From Klebsormidium nitens (lineage: Eukaryota > Plantae > Klebsormidiophyceae), in contig DF237523.1 of NCBI GenBank assembly GCA_000708835.1, positions 4,252-58,323 of the forward strand: DNA of 54,072 nucleotides. Direction: 5' to 3'. Positions 1 through 12,602 of this stretch are shown piece after piece; within the stretch, counting starts at the first letter, position 1; each line of letters opens with the position of its first letter. The notes beneath the pieces are model-generated. The model did not search any database. It saw nothing but the letters and a program-made list of their open reading frames with translations, and was not told the DNA's origin. The position numbers and the translations under genes are program-made.

Positions 1-53
1 TTGGGCGACCGAACTCGTGTTGGGCGACCGAACTCGTGTTGGGCGACCGAACT
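1..53. repeat. Perfect 19-bp tandem repeat (TTGGGCGACCGAACTCGTG, ~2.8 copies), truncated by the window start
   Basis: Copies at 1-19, 20-38 and a partial at 39-53, with no spacers. Confidence 0.9.
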
Positions 54-1327
54 GAAGATAACTTTTAATGCGCATTAAATGTCACACGGAAGCTCCTATC
101 GAGCCGCTAAGGCGGCCTGGCGCCCGACGATCGACGGACGCAAGCTCGCATGACAGTACCTCGGACAGTCAAAAAGATAGCCTGCTTATTTGGTCGCTGC
201 TTCCGAGCAAGGGTGCTTCGGCAGAGCTTCGCCGTCGAAGTTCGTGCATGGAAGGGTACCGACGTCGAAACTTCTAGCCTTCCGAGTCGAAAATTGAAAC
301 TGAGACCTGTGTACTGGACCCTCTGCGCCCGGGTCGTCTCTGTGTGCTTAGGGGTATTAATCCAGCCGTTCGATAAATCGGAAGAGGCAAGCCTTGGCCG
401 TCGCCAGACGGCCCCCCCATGTGTTCATGTCTATGTCCGTAGGATTTCGGCCGAGTCCGCACCAGAATCCGGCTTTTTTCGTTCGGACAACCGTCCGAAG
501 TTGGTTGTGTACACTTGGTACACTTTGACGTCATAACTTTCGGCCGAACTGCGCAAGAGTGAATCTGAGCCACTCGATCGCTGACTCGGACGTCATAATC
601 GTAAAACATGTTTTACGGAGGACATTTGGGTCCATTATTCGATGCCGAAAGTTTTTTGATATTCGTAAATTTGACCGTTCGCAAAGCGCGTTCCGGACCA
701 TGACGTGTGCTTCCGTCATCGCAGTAACTTCGTGTTTTCGAAGAAGGATAATCTGTTCCGCGAAGTCCAATGTGAACCATCTCCAGGCTGATCTGACACT
801 TTAATCCACGCGTACACCTTGGGAGGCACTGATCCCGCGTGTGAAATATTTTCACACTTTTTGAAGTCTAAGACACTAATAAAAGGAGAATGCTTCGTCG
901 TACTTGCGCCAGTGGCCGCTTGCAATATGGCGGCCAAGGCGGTTCCTAGCTTCACGTAAATCATATATGCTTTCGACCAGAGTACAAAGTACTAATTGTG
1001 CCGACTTCTTGAAGGGGTGGAGGTGATCAGTTTGTAGGGATATAGGGAACATGAGGACTTTTGCCGGCCACTTCCGTCCGGTGCAGGCAAAGCAGCCAAG
1101 CCTGCAAAGTCAGCACGAAGTGATTCGGTCGCGTCAGTTGCACTGCATGATGCTTAAGCTAGGTCCAAACTATATATACATATAGCCTCAGAACAAAATT
1201 ATAAGCTTGCATGCTGGGAGCTGAGTACTAAGCTGGAGATTTCAGTGAACATGCATGACAGATGCGTCATTTCAGGCCATTTTGTATCGCCCATGCTCAA
1301 AGTCAAGAAAACCGTTAAGGAACCCAG

Positions 1328-1406
1328 CTGCCGAATAATAGCGAACCTGATCGGGAAGGGCTACCGGGTGCTCATCTACTCAGGCGACCACGACATGTGT
1401 GTCCCG
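1328..1406 (+). pseudogene. Orphan exon of a serine carboxypeptidase-like (peptidase S10) gene
   Basis: Translates IANLIGKGYRVLIYSGDHDMCVP, the S10 catalytic-Asp motif. Bounded by CCCAG (1323-1327) and GTAAGT (1407). No other SCPL exon recognised in the window. Confidence 0.6.
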
Positions 1407-1691
1407 GTAAGTCGATTTTCATTTCATTGGCAGACCGGCAACGACTCACTTGGGGCTCGCTCTTAAGGATTCTGATCCAAAAGCTGTAGCACGCTGGCTC
1501 GCATCGACGAGGACTCACATAAGCTATCAATTTCTTGAAGACAAGAAAGTGCACTCAAAGTAAGGTTACAAAGGCATAGCTCAGAGTCGAAGAAGATTGA
1601 CAGATTTTAAGAGAGGCATCGTAAATATTCGTGTTATGAAAGCTGTATTGCGTTCCCCATCCTTTAGGCCTTTGTTGAGCAACCTGCTTAT

Positions 1692-4600
1692 TCAGTAGAC
1701 CACCGTTGGTGCATACTGCAAGGCAACAGGAGTGTCAGTGTTCTCAGTACTTTGCAGGTTTTACCAATGAACAAGGTGGCCCTTGATACCGCAAGTCCAT
1801 TACCCGCAACACAATCCTCGCGAAGCTTCTACCTTTGATGTGGCGTCTTTAAATGTGCTCGTTAAGACAACCAAACCCAAATCACACTAAGCTCCTTGGA
1901 AACTCAACATCCTGGCAGCGTCTGGGGTTTCTAGATGCAGATGCAAGTCTGCCGCCGGACAATTGGCAAATCATCAATGATGCAAAGACTCCAGCTTATG
2001 TGCGATAGCGCGCATCCAAGATTCCAAAACGGCTTCTTTCCGCATCGAAGAGTGCGTACCTCATCGTCCTCGTCGCTGAGGGATCCCCCTTCCGGCTCGC
2101 TGAGGCGCCACCCCAGGAACCCTTCCAACAGGCTCTGAAGCGAGTCTGCCTGCACAGCCGAAGGATGACTCCGTTTTATGAAAGTTATGGGAGTCTGACG
2201 TTTCCGTGTGTGGGTTCAAAGACGATGTAGAATAGTAAATAGTGACTCGCTTGTACATGCTCAAACGCCTCTGCCAAAGCGGCCAGACTCGAGAGAACCT
2301 GCTTAAAAGACAGTATGAATGAACCTCAAGGGACGGAAATGCAATATCCTTCGCGTTGAACGAACTCAAGCTCCTCTCCGAGCCTCCACCCACAGAGATG
2401 AGGCTGTTTTCTTATGGTGAATCAACAAGTCAAAGGGGATAGTGAAGCACACAACAACAACACTTATCGAGTTCAAAATCAACACTGGACTCTGGATAAT
2501 CTCCAAAGTTGCACTAGTATATGTCAGGGCTTATCAACTAAGGGGATGCGCTTCACCACCTTCGCTGAAGTGACCTCATACTGAACGGACGAGCACGTCA
2601 GCGCAGCAATGAAGAAGCTAGAGTTAAGTCATACCGAACGGACGAGCACGTCAAGCGCAGCAATGAAGACGTTAATGTGACGTCATACCGAACAGACGAG
2701 CACGTCAGTGCAGCAATGAAAATGCAACGAGACGCGCTCTGAGCCCCACCTGTTGTTTGAGCTCCCCGTCAATCGGCTGCGCTTCTCGCAAGGTGCTGAA
2801 GAACCCCTGCCAAACAGAAGCACAGAAACAATAAGGGCGGCTTCCGATCTACACAGGAGTACAAAAGTAGTGTCCGTCCCGCACGTTGAACGCAAGATGT
2901 ACTAACGCCAGCAAGGTGATCCTCTTCTCGACATCAACGTATGGTATGATTGAAAAGCTGCACTCTAAGTAACACTCCAAGACCAGCTTTTCAGAAACCT
3001 TGAACGGCGCATACAGCCTGCTGTGTAGAACTAATCTCTCTACTAAGGAAACATTCCAAATAACAATGCTAGGCGCGCAGGCCCAGATGAGCGGACCCTG
3101 TAGATTCATCTTGGTGTGCTACTATCAAACCCAACCCTGACGGTTAATACCTATTGGCTATCAGGGTGATCGGTTATCAGCAAGAGAAGTTGACAGAAAG
3201 ACGGAGACAAGTGCACAGGGCGCTCACCGCGAGGAGGTGCTGCAGAAAACTGTCCTTTTCAAGCCAGGCCTCGTCCAGCAGCGCGTCGCCCGCCCCGCGG
3301 TTTGACTCAGGCAGGAGGCCGTGCCGCAACTGCCAGTACAGGGCCCTCAGGAACTGCACGACAAGTTAGAGGTCAGGTAAACCAGTTGTACCGTAAGCGC
3401 TGAAGCGGAAACCAGCGTAGATGTAGGCCTTCGAAGACGTTGTTCACGAACAACGCCTTTTCGATGAGTAGCGGCCGGACAGCGGCAGGGATTTGTCACG
3501 CTAACGGCGCTGGGGTTGGAAATCTTCTGAATTTTGGCCTCCATTGACGGGAAATGGTTCGACGACGAGTTTGAATAGGTCCGTGGCGGTAAAAGCAAGG
3601 AAACCAACTGTATATTTCTTTCCCATAGCACCCGCACGTTTGTCTCAGCGTCAGCTCCGGTCATGACGCTTACTCGACTCCGTAACGCATGTTCTCGACA
3701 TGCTCCCGGGCAGGTTTTTCCAGAGCATACTGAAAGCCCGATCGCTTTTGACCAGGCAAAATAGAGCGTCTTTCAAAGTTTAGTGAGGGAGACCTGAAGT
3801 TCCCCTGATTGAACTCCTCTCTTTCCCTTGGGCACTCTTCTTGCCGTTTTGGAATCCCCAGCAAGTTTTGAGCTTGATTTGCCAGCACATATTATCAGAC
3901 CTCGCAAACCTCCAGTCTGGACTTTCCCTCAAAACCACTTACACGTCAAGCTTACCTGCACGAACAGTCGGGTGCGTGTGCGGAGAGGCTGCATAACAAG
4001 GAGTCGGCATGACGTCAGCCTCTCGAGGCGTGTGGACGCCAAGTTGCAAGGAAACGACATCACCGAATTTTGTTGTCGTGTATTCTTACTTCGATAGCGA
4101 CCGAAGCTTTGACGGCAGTTGCATCCAGGACCTGCCGGCTTAACTAACAGCTCGAATAGCAAGAAGAAAGTGAAACCGGACTTCCAAAATGATCATATAT
4201 CGACGAGAGTGCCACCTGGAGCTCTACTCTGCGGACGCCCTAGAGTGCATTTCCGTGTGTTCGTCGTGCGACACAAGCGGAGGCCCACTACGCAAACCGG
4301 GTCTTAATATTCTTGTCGTGTGAATTTTTTAAGTGCTCCGACTTGGACAAGAAGTTAATAAAGGGTAATGCAAAGCGGCCACGCTTTGGATGCTGTCGTT
4401 CGCCGTTGTGCCCCGTGTCTCATGATCTTGTTCACAAGGGATATGACAACAACGAAGAGGGCCAACAGTGGAGCGACGTCCTCACCGCTTCGACGCAGCC
4501 CAGCATGAGGGGCAGGATGGCCTTCCACTGAGAGAACGACTCGAGGGACTGGCCCATCTGCGGCAGAACAAGCGAGAATCTCAACGTGACAGCACGGCTG

Positions 4601-7600
4601 CCTTCAACTTACCGCCTTAAGCTTTTTTTGAGGTTGTGTCTTGCATTCGACATCAGATGACAGCGCCTCGATCAGTGTTGGATATCTGCTTCTTCTTGGG
4701 TTGGAAAAGCGCGAGGATTGATAACACTCCGAACATTACGTTTTCCATCAGATTTCTGTGAATCAATCGGTATCAGAGAGAAAGTGTACGCTTCCTTCTC
4801 GGTGGAAAAAAGCCCGAACGTCGATCATTCCAAGTTATCCTCTGTGCAGACTCCGGCAGTTTGCCTACTGCGAATGCGCAGCGACTGCCGCTTCGACATG
4901 GAAAGCGCTTGTTATGTTTCGACGAAATGCGACAGGAAATCCATGTGGAGGCTCTGGGCAACCCACCACGAATGCGATGAAGGCGAACTGCAGTTCGCCC
5001 AGCAGGAGCTCCTCCCGTCCCTTGTACTGCTTCGACAGAACCGTCTCCAGCAAGCCGCTCTGCACAGAGCAACGTCCAAGCGAGTGAGACAGTAATAGCT
5101 CTCTGGCATCCATGTTCTTTTCACTAACACGACTTTCTGCTTTGGTGGTATGAGTCGCCCTTTCGAGGATCTCTGCATCTGTTATGATAGAAATTGGCGC
5201 TCTCCATACGCGTTTGAGAGTTCTGTTTTCTTGATCCCAAGCCTTGAAAGAGTCACAAAGGGGGTTTAGCCTCCGCCCAAGCCTTGGCGGACGTAGCAGT
5301 ACAACGCACAGCATACACTAAAGAGACCCAGCATGCCCACCATAATCATTGATCGATCCTAGAAGGATGCTATCAACATTGCGGCCTCTTATACAACGAG
5401 ACAAACATTCAAAAGTACCTGCTACAACAATGCACCGAAATAGCATGCCCGCATTGTTCTCAACACCAGTCCCCGATTAAGTGTAAAACTGCGCTCCAGC
5501 CCTAGCATCAGACCTGCCGCGCCCGGCCACTCTGAGCCATGCGCGTTACCTGCCACTGCGAATCAGGAGCAATAGCCTACACGTAAAAGCTTGGACAGTA
5601 TATTCAGGAGGTGTTGGGAACGGCTTGAGGGAGAAACTATCGACGACTTCGAAAACATTTCGCAAAGCGTATGCATCTGAGCGAATCCTCACCTTATCTA
5701 AGTTAAGAGCCGTCAGCTCCGTCGCGCTCATCCCCTTCCGTTTCACCAGCCGGGGCAGGTCCGTGTAAAAGCAGCGGCCGCTTCTCCCTCGGGGCTTTTC
5801 CCCCGAGCTGCTGGGCCCGGCCTCTCCTCCTGCCTCCCTAAGCCCCGAGGATTCCCCCGAGCGATTCTCGCCGACTGACGTCTTCCCGTTGCTCGAATCT
5901 GACGTTCTTCCTGATGCCAGCCTGCTGCTATTTGAAGGACTTGCTATGGAGTCTAGCGGAGCCATCGGTGGATGGGAAATGCCCCTCAGCCCGGCGAAGT
6001 CGTGCCGCTCTAGTTGCTCGCTTGCCACCCCCCTCACATGAGCTCCCTTCGGCCCTGCAACAGACCCGTCTACTGTCTCCACGCCAGAAGGCGCTCCTTC
6101 TTGTGTATCTACGTCCATATCTTCGGCACCGTTCCCTTTCCGCCGGAGTTCCGCTGTGCTGCCGCCTTTCCTCATTTCTTTCCGCTGGTACATGAGCGCA
6201 ATCTGGTCCACTCGGCTCAGCCCCGAACCCTGTCCCTCTGCCGCCGACTCCTCCAAAACTAAGCCCCCTGACATCGCATCCCTTCCCAAACTTTCGGCAG
6301 CCGCCTCCTGGTCTTCCCCCCGGTCCATGATGATGACGCCCTGAGTGACGTCAGCCAGCAGCTTCTCCCCACTCTGCGGACCCGCCCCATCGACGCTCTC
6401 TCTCGTATCTTTAGAAGGACCTCCACTTTGAGCGCGCTCTCGCCCCCGGTCAATCTGCTCCTGAAGAACCCTCTCCGCCCCCGTCTTCGGCCGCGTCTCG
6501 CTGACGTCAGCCTCACACACCACGCAGATGTCGCCCCCAACAGGCTCTGCAGCAGTGGATCATAGAAACGTTATTTTTGCACTCTGCAGCCTTGGCTTCG
6601 GTAAATTCCGACAACCACAATTCAAATCTTGAACACTCAAATCTGACGTTTCCAATTTCTGCAGTTGGAATCGGGACAAAACTTCAAACACTCAATGGCT
6701 GTTTATTTCTTTGGTAAATAAACAGCTGATTGATTCACATCTCTTGAGTCCCCAGCGGTCTTACCTCCAGTTTGACGTCCTTGCAAACAGTCATTGTGTG
6801 CGCGAACAGAAGGTATCGGGCGCTTATCCTGGATAAGACTGGCGCCATGTGACAGAAGATACTACTACATTGGCAAATAAGAAGGTCGACCTCCACCGCC
6901 TTTGGCCTGTGATGAGCAACTGATAGTACTCGAAGAATACTCAAGCAACCGCTTAGTCTTCCGCTCAGAGGGCTCCCAGTCTCACCGTGTGCCTGCACCA
7001 CCTCGTCGGTAATGAAGTTGCTCAGAGTCTGCCAGGCCGCGTACTTGTGCAGGTCATAAGCGCCAAGCTCTGCATCAAATTGGAATGTCCTGACGCCCCC
7101 AGCTAACCGATCCACCTGCAGAAGGTCGATGCACAACTTCACGGTTTCTGCAAGCATAAGAACTTCTTACACCTTGCTACATCTTCTAGTTCAGTATTTT
7201 TAATGGAGAGTCGTGCTTACACAACTGAACGAAAAGTTGCTTCTTCCACTTGACATTCCTTATCTGATGACTCCGAACGCCTGTTTCTAAGCCGATCTCC
7301 AACTTGGATCTTTAGAAATCCACAAAGGTGAACCCAGATGCATTTGAAAGGAAGTGTAAAATTTGAATCGACAGAAAAGCTTAGGTCTGTATATCTCACC
7401 TGGTCTTCGTCAGTCAGCGCTGCCAAGCGCTCCTCGGGCGCATCCCACTGGCGCACGACCACCTACAAGAGGCCACAAGAGTCCAAATCACACAAGGTCC
7501 TCAGTTAAGGGGCACCTTCTACATGCCAGATATTACCAGTCTGACTATCTGACAACAGTATGAGAGAAGAAGTTAACAATGTGTCATGTCATCAGACCTC

Positions 7601-8510
7601 TCATCGAACCTCTGTCCATGTCCCTGAATGTACTACAACTCTCAAAAGGCAAGTCATGTATCTCCAGGGACAAGGCGCCTTGACTCAGAGCCATTGTGAG
7701 GGGGAGCTTGAAGAACGGGCCATTCAAGGCACCTGACAACTTTGTCCATGCTTCAGCATGCCTTCACAATCCCTTCCTGAGGCAGTCTTGGGCGCCCATC
7801 ACTGGATTTGAGAACAATGCACTTCTGTTTCTATCCAAAAACTCATCAAGCATTGTTCAGGGATCAGGACAGGGGGAAGAATGAGAATCAAGACTTTGAA
7901 CTCAAAGGGGCTTCAAGAATAGTGGTCTGACCTGTCCCTGTTTGAGCACCACGAAGAAGCCAATGACAGGCGCCGCACCACCATGCTTGCCCGCAGCTGA
8001 ATAATACACAAAATGCGGCCCGGGGGGAAGCATCTTCACGCCTTTGAAGCGGGGCCCAGTCACAAACATCTGGCACGAGAATGTGACGCTAAGTTTGGCA
8101 CCCTTGAGAAACAGAAAGGACAAATTGAGAACTGACGAGTGCTTCAGAAGGATCAAGTTTTTGACTGCAACTGAAGATCGACAAAGAGCTTGATTGCATG
8201 GCGCATGCCATGCTTAAACTTATTTGACAGCAATCAAGACTCCAGTTTCTTTAAAAAGACAATCTATTGTTGGCAAGGAAAAAACCACAGCATTGCGTAT
8301 GCACCACCATTCAAAAGAAAGCCAACAAAATGTTATGCACATCTGCAACTGAGCTGTAAACTTTCGTGATAAGGTCTTTTCACAGCACACCTGTTGATCA
8401 ATGCCGAAGGACGTCCCATGAGGCACATCAAGAAGCAGAAGTGTGCCACCACGCTCCGCCAATCGCCGAGCCTCCTCATGATCCAGACTCACACTATAAG
8501 CTGCAGCCAT
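1692..8510 (-). CDS. AAR2: AAR2 U5 snRNP/PRP8 assembly factor, 12 exons, ~599 aa
   Basis: Exons 8510-8391, 8069-7932, 7462-7400, 7115-6986, 6546-5693, 5059-4967, 4557-4486, 3988-3956, 3353-3228, 2806-2750, 2149-2060, 1715-1692. All GT-AG and total 1800 nt in frame. Motifs GTLLLLDVP..T.FGID, GPRFKGVKMLPPGPHFVYYS, LLLGELQFAFIAF, MGQSLE.F.QWK, EDDEYAP. Confidence 0.93.
2576..2720. repeat. Three ~54-bp imperfect tandem units in AAR2 intron 10
   Basis: Core TCATAC(T/C)GAAC(G/A)GACGAGCACGTCAG(C/T)GCAGCAATGAA at 2576-2613, 2629-2667 and 2683-2720, with ~15-nt variable linkers. Confidence 0.9.
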
Positions 8511-9314
8511 TGCTCATATGTGAGCTGACACGGTGAATGGAATGATCAACCCTCAGCTCCTTGACAATGACAAGGAGCTGCTTCCAAATCAAAGCCAATT
8601 GGCAATGACAACAAACTTCTGGAACTTGGATGCCCAGGAAGGCTGGAACTTGAGGAACTTGAACGCCGCTTTTCCCCCCAACTTTAACTAGGGGCGCTTG
8701 CGGCTTATGCTTATGGCTGGGGACTGCGCTAGTATTAAGATTTGTTTGTGAAGATTTGAATTAAGAATGTTAAAAATGCCAACATGCCCGGGTGGGTATT
8801 ACCTGCAGGGGCCCTGGCACCCTGTGCCCGCGGATACCAGATCGCTTGGTACGGACAGACACCAATTAAGATCCAAATATGTCCTCCAGACTCCAATATG
8901 TGTGCTTGGCGCGTAAAATGTAAATATGAAGCATAGGAAATCCTTCCCACTCGAGAGCAGAGAGCTCTGCATTCTCCTCGGAGTCCGAGTCTGGTGGTCC
9001 GTCAAGGGATCAGTGTTCTTGGCGCCTGAACCGAGTCCCCACAGATTGCCAATCTCAAAAGGCTTCTTCAGCAGAAGCGTATAGCTTTTAGTACATGTGC
9101 AACGTCTCTGCGAGCGCAAGGAAGGGGGACTTTCTTTGCAGACTTGCAGATGCCTGATTTCCCCGCTGCTTGCAGATAGAAGACGAACTGGCGGAAAGCG
9201 GGTTTGTCATTCGTAAGAGGGGTGCTCTCAAGCTTGAGATATCGTAAAAGAAGAAACATCGGAGCTGGGCAGCAGGAGTCTGTAAAGCTTGTGTCCAAGC
9301 TTTGCCAAATCGCC

Positions 9315-9324
9315 TTTAGGGTTT
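9315..9324 (-). promoter_or_regulatory. Telo-box-like motif AAACCCTAAA in the AAR2/SnRK1beta divergent promoter
   Basis: TTTAGGGTTT on + strand between two head-to-head starts (8510 and 9638). A short motif that can occur by chance. Confidence 0.3.
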
Positions 9325-9637
9325 GGCAATACCCGACCGTCGACCTTGTGCTGTGGGCGTCCCGAGCTTGATACATTCCCTGCCGCATAGTGGTACCACC
9401 TTGTTGCAGCTGACTTTTCATAGCAAGCCGCCTCATTTTCTCTCTGGACTTTCAGAAGGCGTCTCATTGCAAGTCGCCGACGGGCCACATTGCCCTCAAC
9501 ACTTCCCCTCACGCGAGCGCTTGCCGCTGCATCCGCCAGGCTAGCACCTAAGGCAGTGTTTCTCAAGTAGCAATCAAGAGCCCTGGTTGAGGGTGCACTT
9601 CCTCAGTTGAAAAGCAAACAGCTGTGGTGGTCAGGAC

Positions 9638-12602
9638 ATGGGAAACACGAGTGGGAAGGAAGGCCGCGCGCGCGGTGACGGCCGTCCGGTGGCAGACGGG
9701 GGCAGGGTCATTGGGGGCTCCCGCTTCGGCCACTCTCCGTCGTCCGAGTCAATGCAGAACAGCCCCCCCGACAGCCCGGGGAGCGCGGCTCGCTCGCCCC
9801 TGATGTTTACCCCACAGGTGAGCACATTGTCCACGCCGTTGTGCTTGCCAAAGAAAATACCGAAGCGCAGCATTGGAGGACGGTGGTTGAGGGTTACACT
9901 ACTTATGGGGTGATATTCGGTCCTCCTTGCTTTAGCCCCAGGCTTATTTGAAAGGGGTCTGAAAGTCCTGGGCACTGTTTGCGCAAATGGTAGAGGAGAA
10001 AGTGCATAAGACAACACCTTGCTCGCCACGGAAGAGCATAAGACAACAACCTTGCTCCCCACGGACTGCCGTCCTCTGCGCTCTTGACTCTCCCCTCCAT
10101 CGTTCGCCTCCACACCCCTGTCCCGCCTCTTTGGTTTGGTTCAGCTTCTTCAGACTCCCCCCGCATTTCCAACACGTCGACAGACACGACTCCTCTTGCT
10201 TCCAGGCTTTTGTCATTGCACTACCTCCTCTTTCCTCTCCCCTTTCTCATCACCTTCTCTCCTTCAACCTGCTGAATGTTGCAACCCCGTCTTTCCAGAT
10301 TCCAATGGTTCCGATCCCCCGGGGCGACGAGTACAGCTTGGGGCAGTACGGCTCGGGGGGGTATGGCCAGCAAGGGATGGACGAGCAACAGCCGCACGAG
10401 CAAGGGGTGCCCACCATGATCGTGTGGTCGCACCCAGGGACATCGGTCAGCGTGGAAGGGTCCTGGGATAACTGGACGACACGGTGAGTCGAGCAGTGTC
10501 TTTCTGTTTCATCTGGTTGACCAGTCCGTAAACCGCCCGTAATTGCACCAGAAAGTGCGTGCCATCTTCTAGAATCCACTCAGTATGGAAGATTCCTGGC
10601 ATTGGACCACACGGTCAATCAAGCATTCCCACTCTCATTCCTGTTCGTTGGGCAGTTTTGATGCCTATTTCCGGCTCTAGTGGAACTTCGTGCCTCCTCT
10701 TCTCATGATGCAGTCGCCATCCGATGGTATCGGATCTTTTGGGTGGAGTAGTGCAATGACCTGTTCTTTTCTCTGCTCAATCAGCAGTAACCAGAATTGT
10801 TCACTGGGACTTTTCCTCCTTTCCGAATCTGGTTCGGCAGCATTCTTCTTTTTTGTGTATAAGGTAGCCAAGGTGAGGAATTGGTCACCTTCGTTCCACC
10901 AGGAACAGTTTGACCTGCCCTTCTCGCCGCACTCGTTTGTTCCTTCCAGATAATTTATATCTGTGAGCTTCCCAGAGGTTGCATTAGTTCGACATCGACC
11001 TTAAGCTCATAAGAAGTTCGAGCAACAGAATGCACTTCTCAAGCGGTCTTTGGAGAATTCATTCTCCCTTTCCCGCAATCGCAATCAGTGTTTGTTTGAT
11101 AAGAGACATCATATGACGCCTGTGTCAGCAGCCAATAGAACAGCTGATGCTCAAGAACTGGCGGTAAGCCGGCTGAGACAACTGATTGGGACGAACTGAG
11201 CGCACCAGTACTGAGAACGTGCACATCCCGATGGAAAGCATCAGGAGAGGCGAGCCTGTTAGCAGGAATGCCAACGATCACATTTGGAGTGTCAAATGGA
11301 ACCCGAGCTGAAAACAGGAGCCAAAAAACTGCTTCAACCTCATAAGTTCTGAGAGTTGAGAAACCGCCAGTGCAGTGACTGGCTTGTAGGTGCTTGCACC
11401 AGGGTCGTTTGTAATCCTGCTTTCAACCAGAGAATCCTTCAATTTCGCTTGGGACACCCGAGACTCTAGTTGACGCTGACTCTGATGTTCCGGATTTGCT
11501 GCTCACAGGCAACCGCTGCAGAAGTCCGGCAAGGACTTCACGCTGATCAAGATGCTGCCCCCCGGGATCTACCAGTACAAGTTCATCGTGGACGACGAGT
11601 GGCGCTACGCAACCGACCTGCCCGCAATGTATGACGACCAGCAGAATGTCAACAACGTGCTCGAAGTTCAGGTGCGCGTCCGATCATAAAGCGCTCGGAA
11701 CGGTGTAAAGTTTGCTTCTTCTGACGCTGTGTGCAAGGGTCTCCGTACAAACAGCAGAAAAGGCAGCAGAGTGTCAAGAACGGGCTCGAAGTGCCTTTTC
11801 TAGAAGCTCTAGAGAGGCCCCCGTTGGTCCGTTCGGACATCCGCTGTGTGCTTTTTGCGAAAATTGGGTGTGGCTAATCAAACACTCAGCAAAACGTCAA
11901 CCAACGTGTTCGAAGTGCCCGGACGGCAGCGGCGAGAAGGGTTGACCTCCTTGTAAGGGAGTGATTGGCAAACGAAGACCAGCTTGTCCTCTTTTGCACT
12001 TGGCGACAAAGTTCGTGTTTTAATTGCGTGTATATCTGAACAAACGCTCGCTTTCGAGTCTGGGAATCTTGGAATTTGGACGTGTTTCCGAATTTTGACA
12101 TGAGGTTCGTTGAAATTTATACTGCTCAGGTTCTAACCGGGCACTGACCTAGCGCGTGAGCTTCACCTGCTGATCGGTTCAAACGCGCGAAGGAGCGCCA
12201 CTGGCCACAATCTGAGGCCAATAGCGAGGGACTTCCACCCTTTTGACCTCACCGGCCAGCTTGACTTTCCACCTGCAGGAATATGTGCCAGAGAACCTCG
12301 ACAACATTGCGGGCTTCGAGCCGCCCCGGTCTCCTCCCACGAGCTACAGCAACGCTTTTCCCGGGCCGGAAGACTACGCCAAAGAGCCCCCGGGGGTTCC
12401 CCCTCACTTGCAGCTTACCCTGCTAAACGTGCCCCCGTCCATAGATACCCCGACCTCGTTGCCCCGACCGCAGCATGTGATTCTGAACCATGTTTACTGC
12501 GAGAAAACGAAGACGAGCAAGTCGGTGTTAGCATTAGGGGTGACGCACCGCTTCCGGTCGAAGTACGTGACAGTGGTGCTCTATAAGCCGTTAAAACGTT
12601 GA
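9638..12602 (+). CDS. KINB: SnRK1/AMPK beta regulatory subunit (N-myristoylation motif, CBM48, ASC domain), 4 exons, ~283 aa
   Basis: Exons 9638-9817, 10299-10483, 11509-11671, 12279-12602 (852 nt). MGNTSGKE start, [61 protein letters not shown]. Confidence 0.96.
10004..10065. repeat. Two-copy ~32-bp tandem duplication in SnRK1beta intron 1
   Basis: GCATAAGACAAC(A)ACCTTGCTC(G/C)CCACGGA occurs twice. Confidence 0.8.

Noticed and set aside
1-53. CRISPR-like array
   Set aside because: Repeats are contiguous with no spacers, and the context is a eukaryotic intron-rich genome with no cas genes.
64-805. Possible weak TIR pair (ATTAAATGTCA / TGACACTTTAAT) or Helitron hairpin
   Set aside because: Only ~11 bp with an indel, no TSD, and no CTRR end at the expected distance.
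2576-2720. CRISPR-like repeat/spacer layout
   Set aside because: Only three imperfect units with ~15-nt linkers inside an AAR2 intron; no cas genes.
8700-9566. Several 70-120 aa ORFs in the AAR2/SnRK1beta divergent region (e.g. GRPQHKVDGRVLPNPKG..)
   Set aside because: No recognisable motif or consistent exon chain; more likely promoter and 5'UTR introns.
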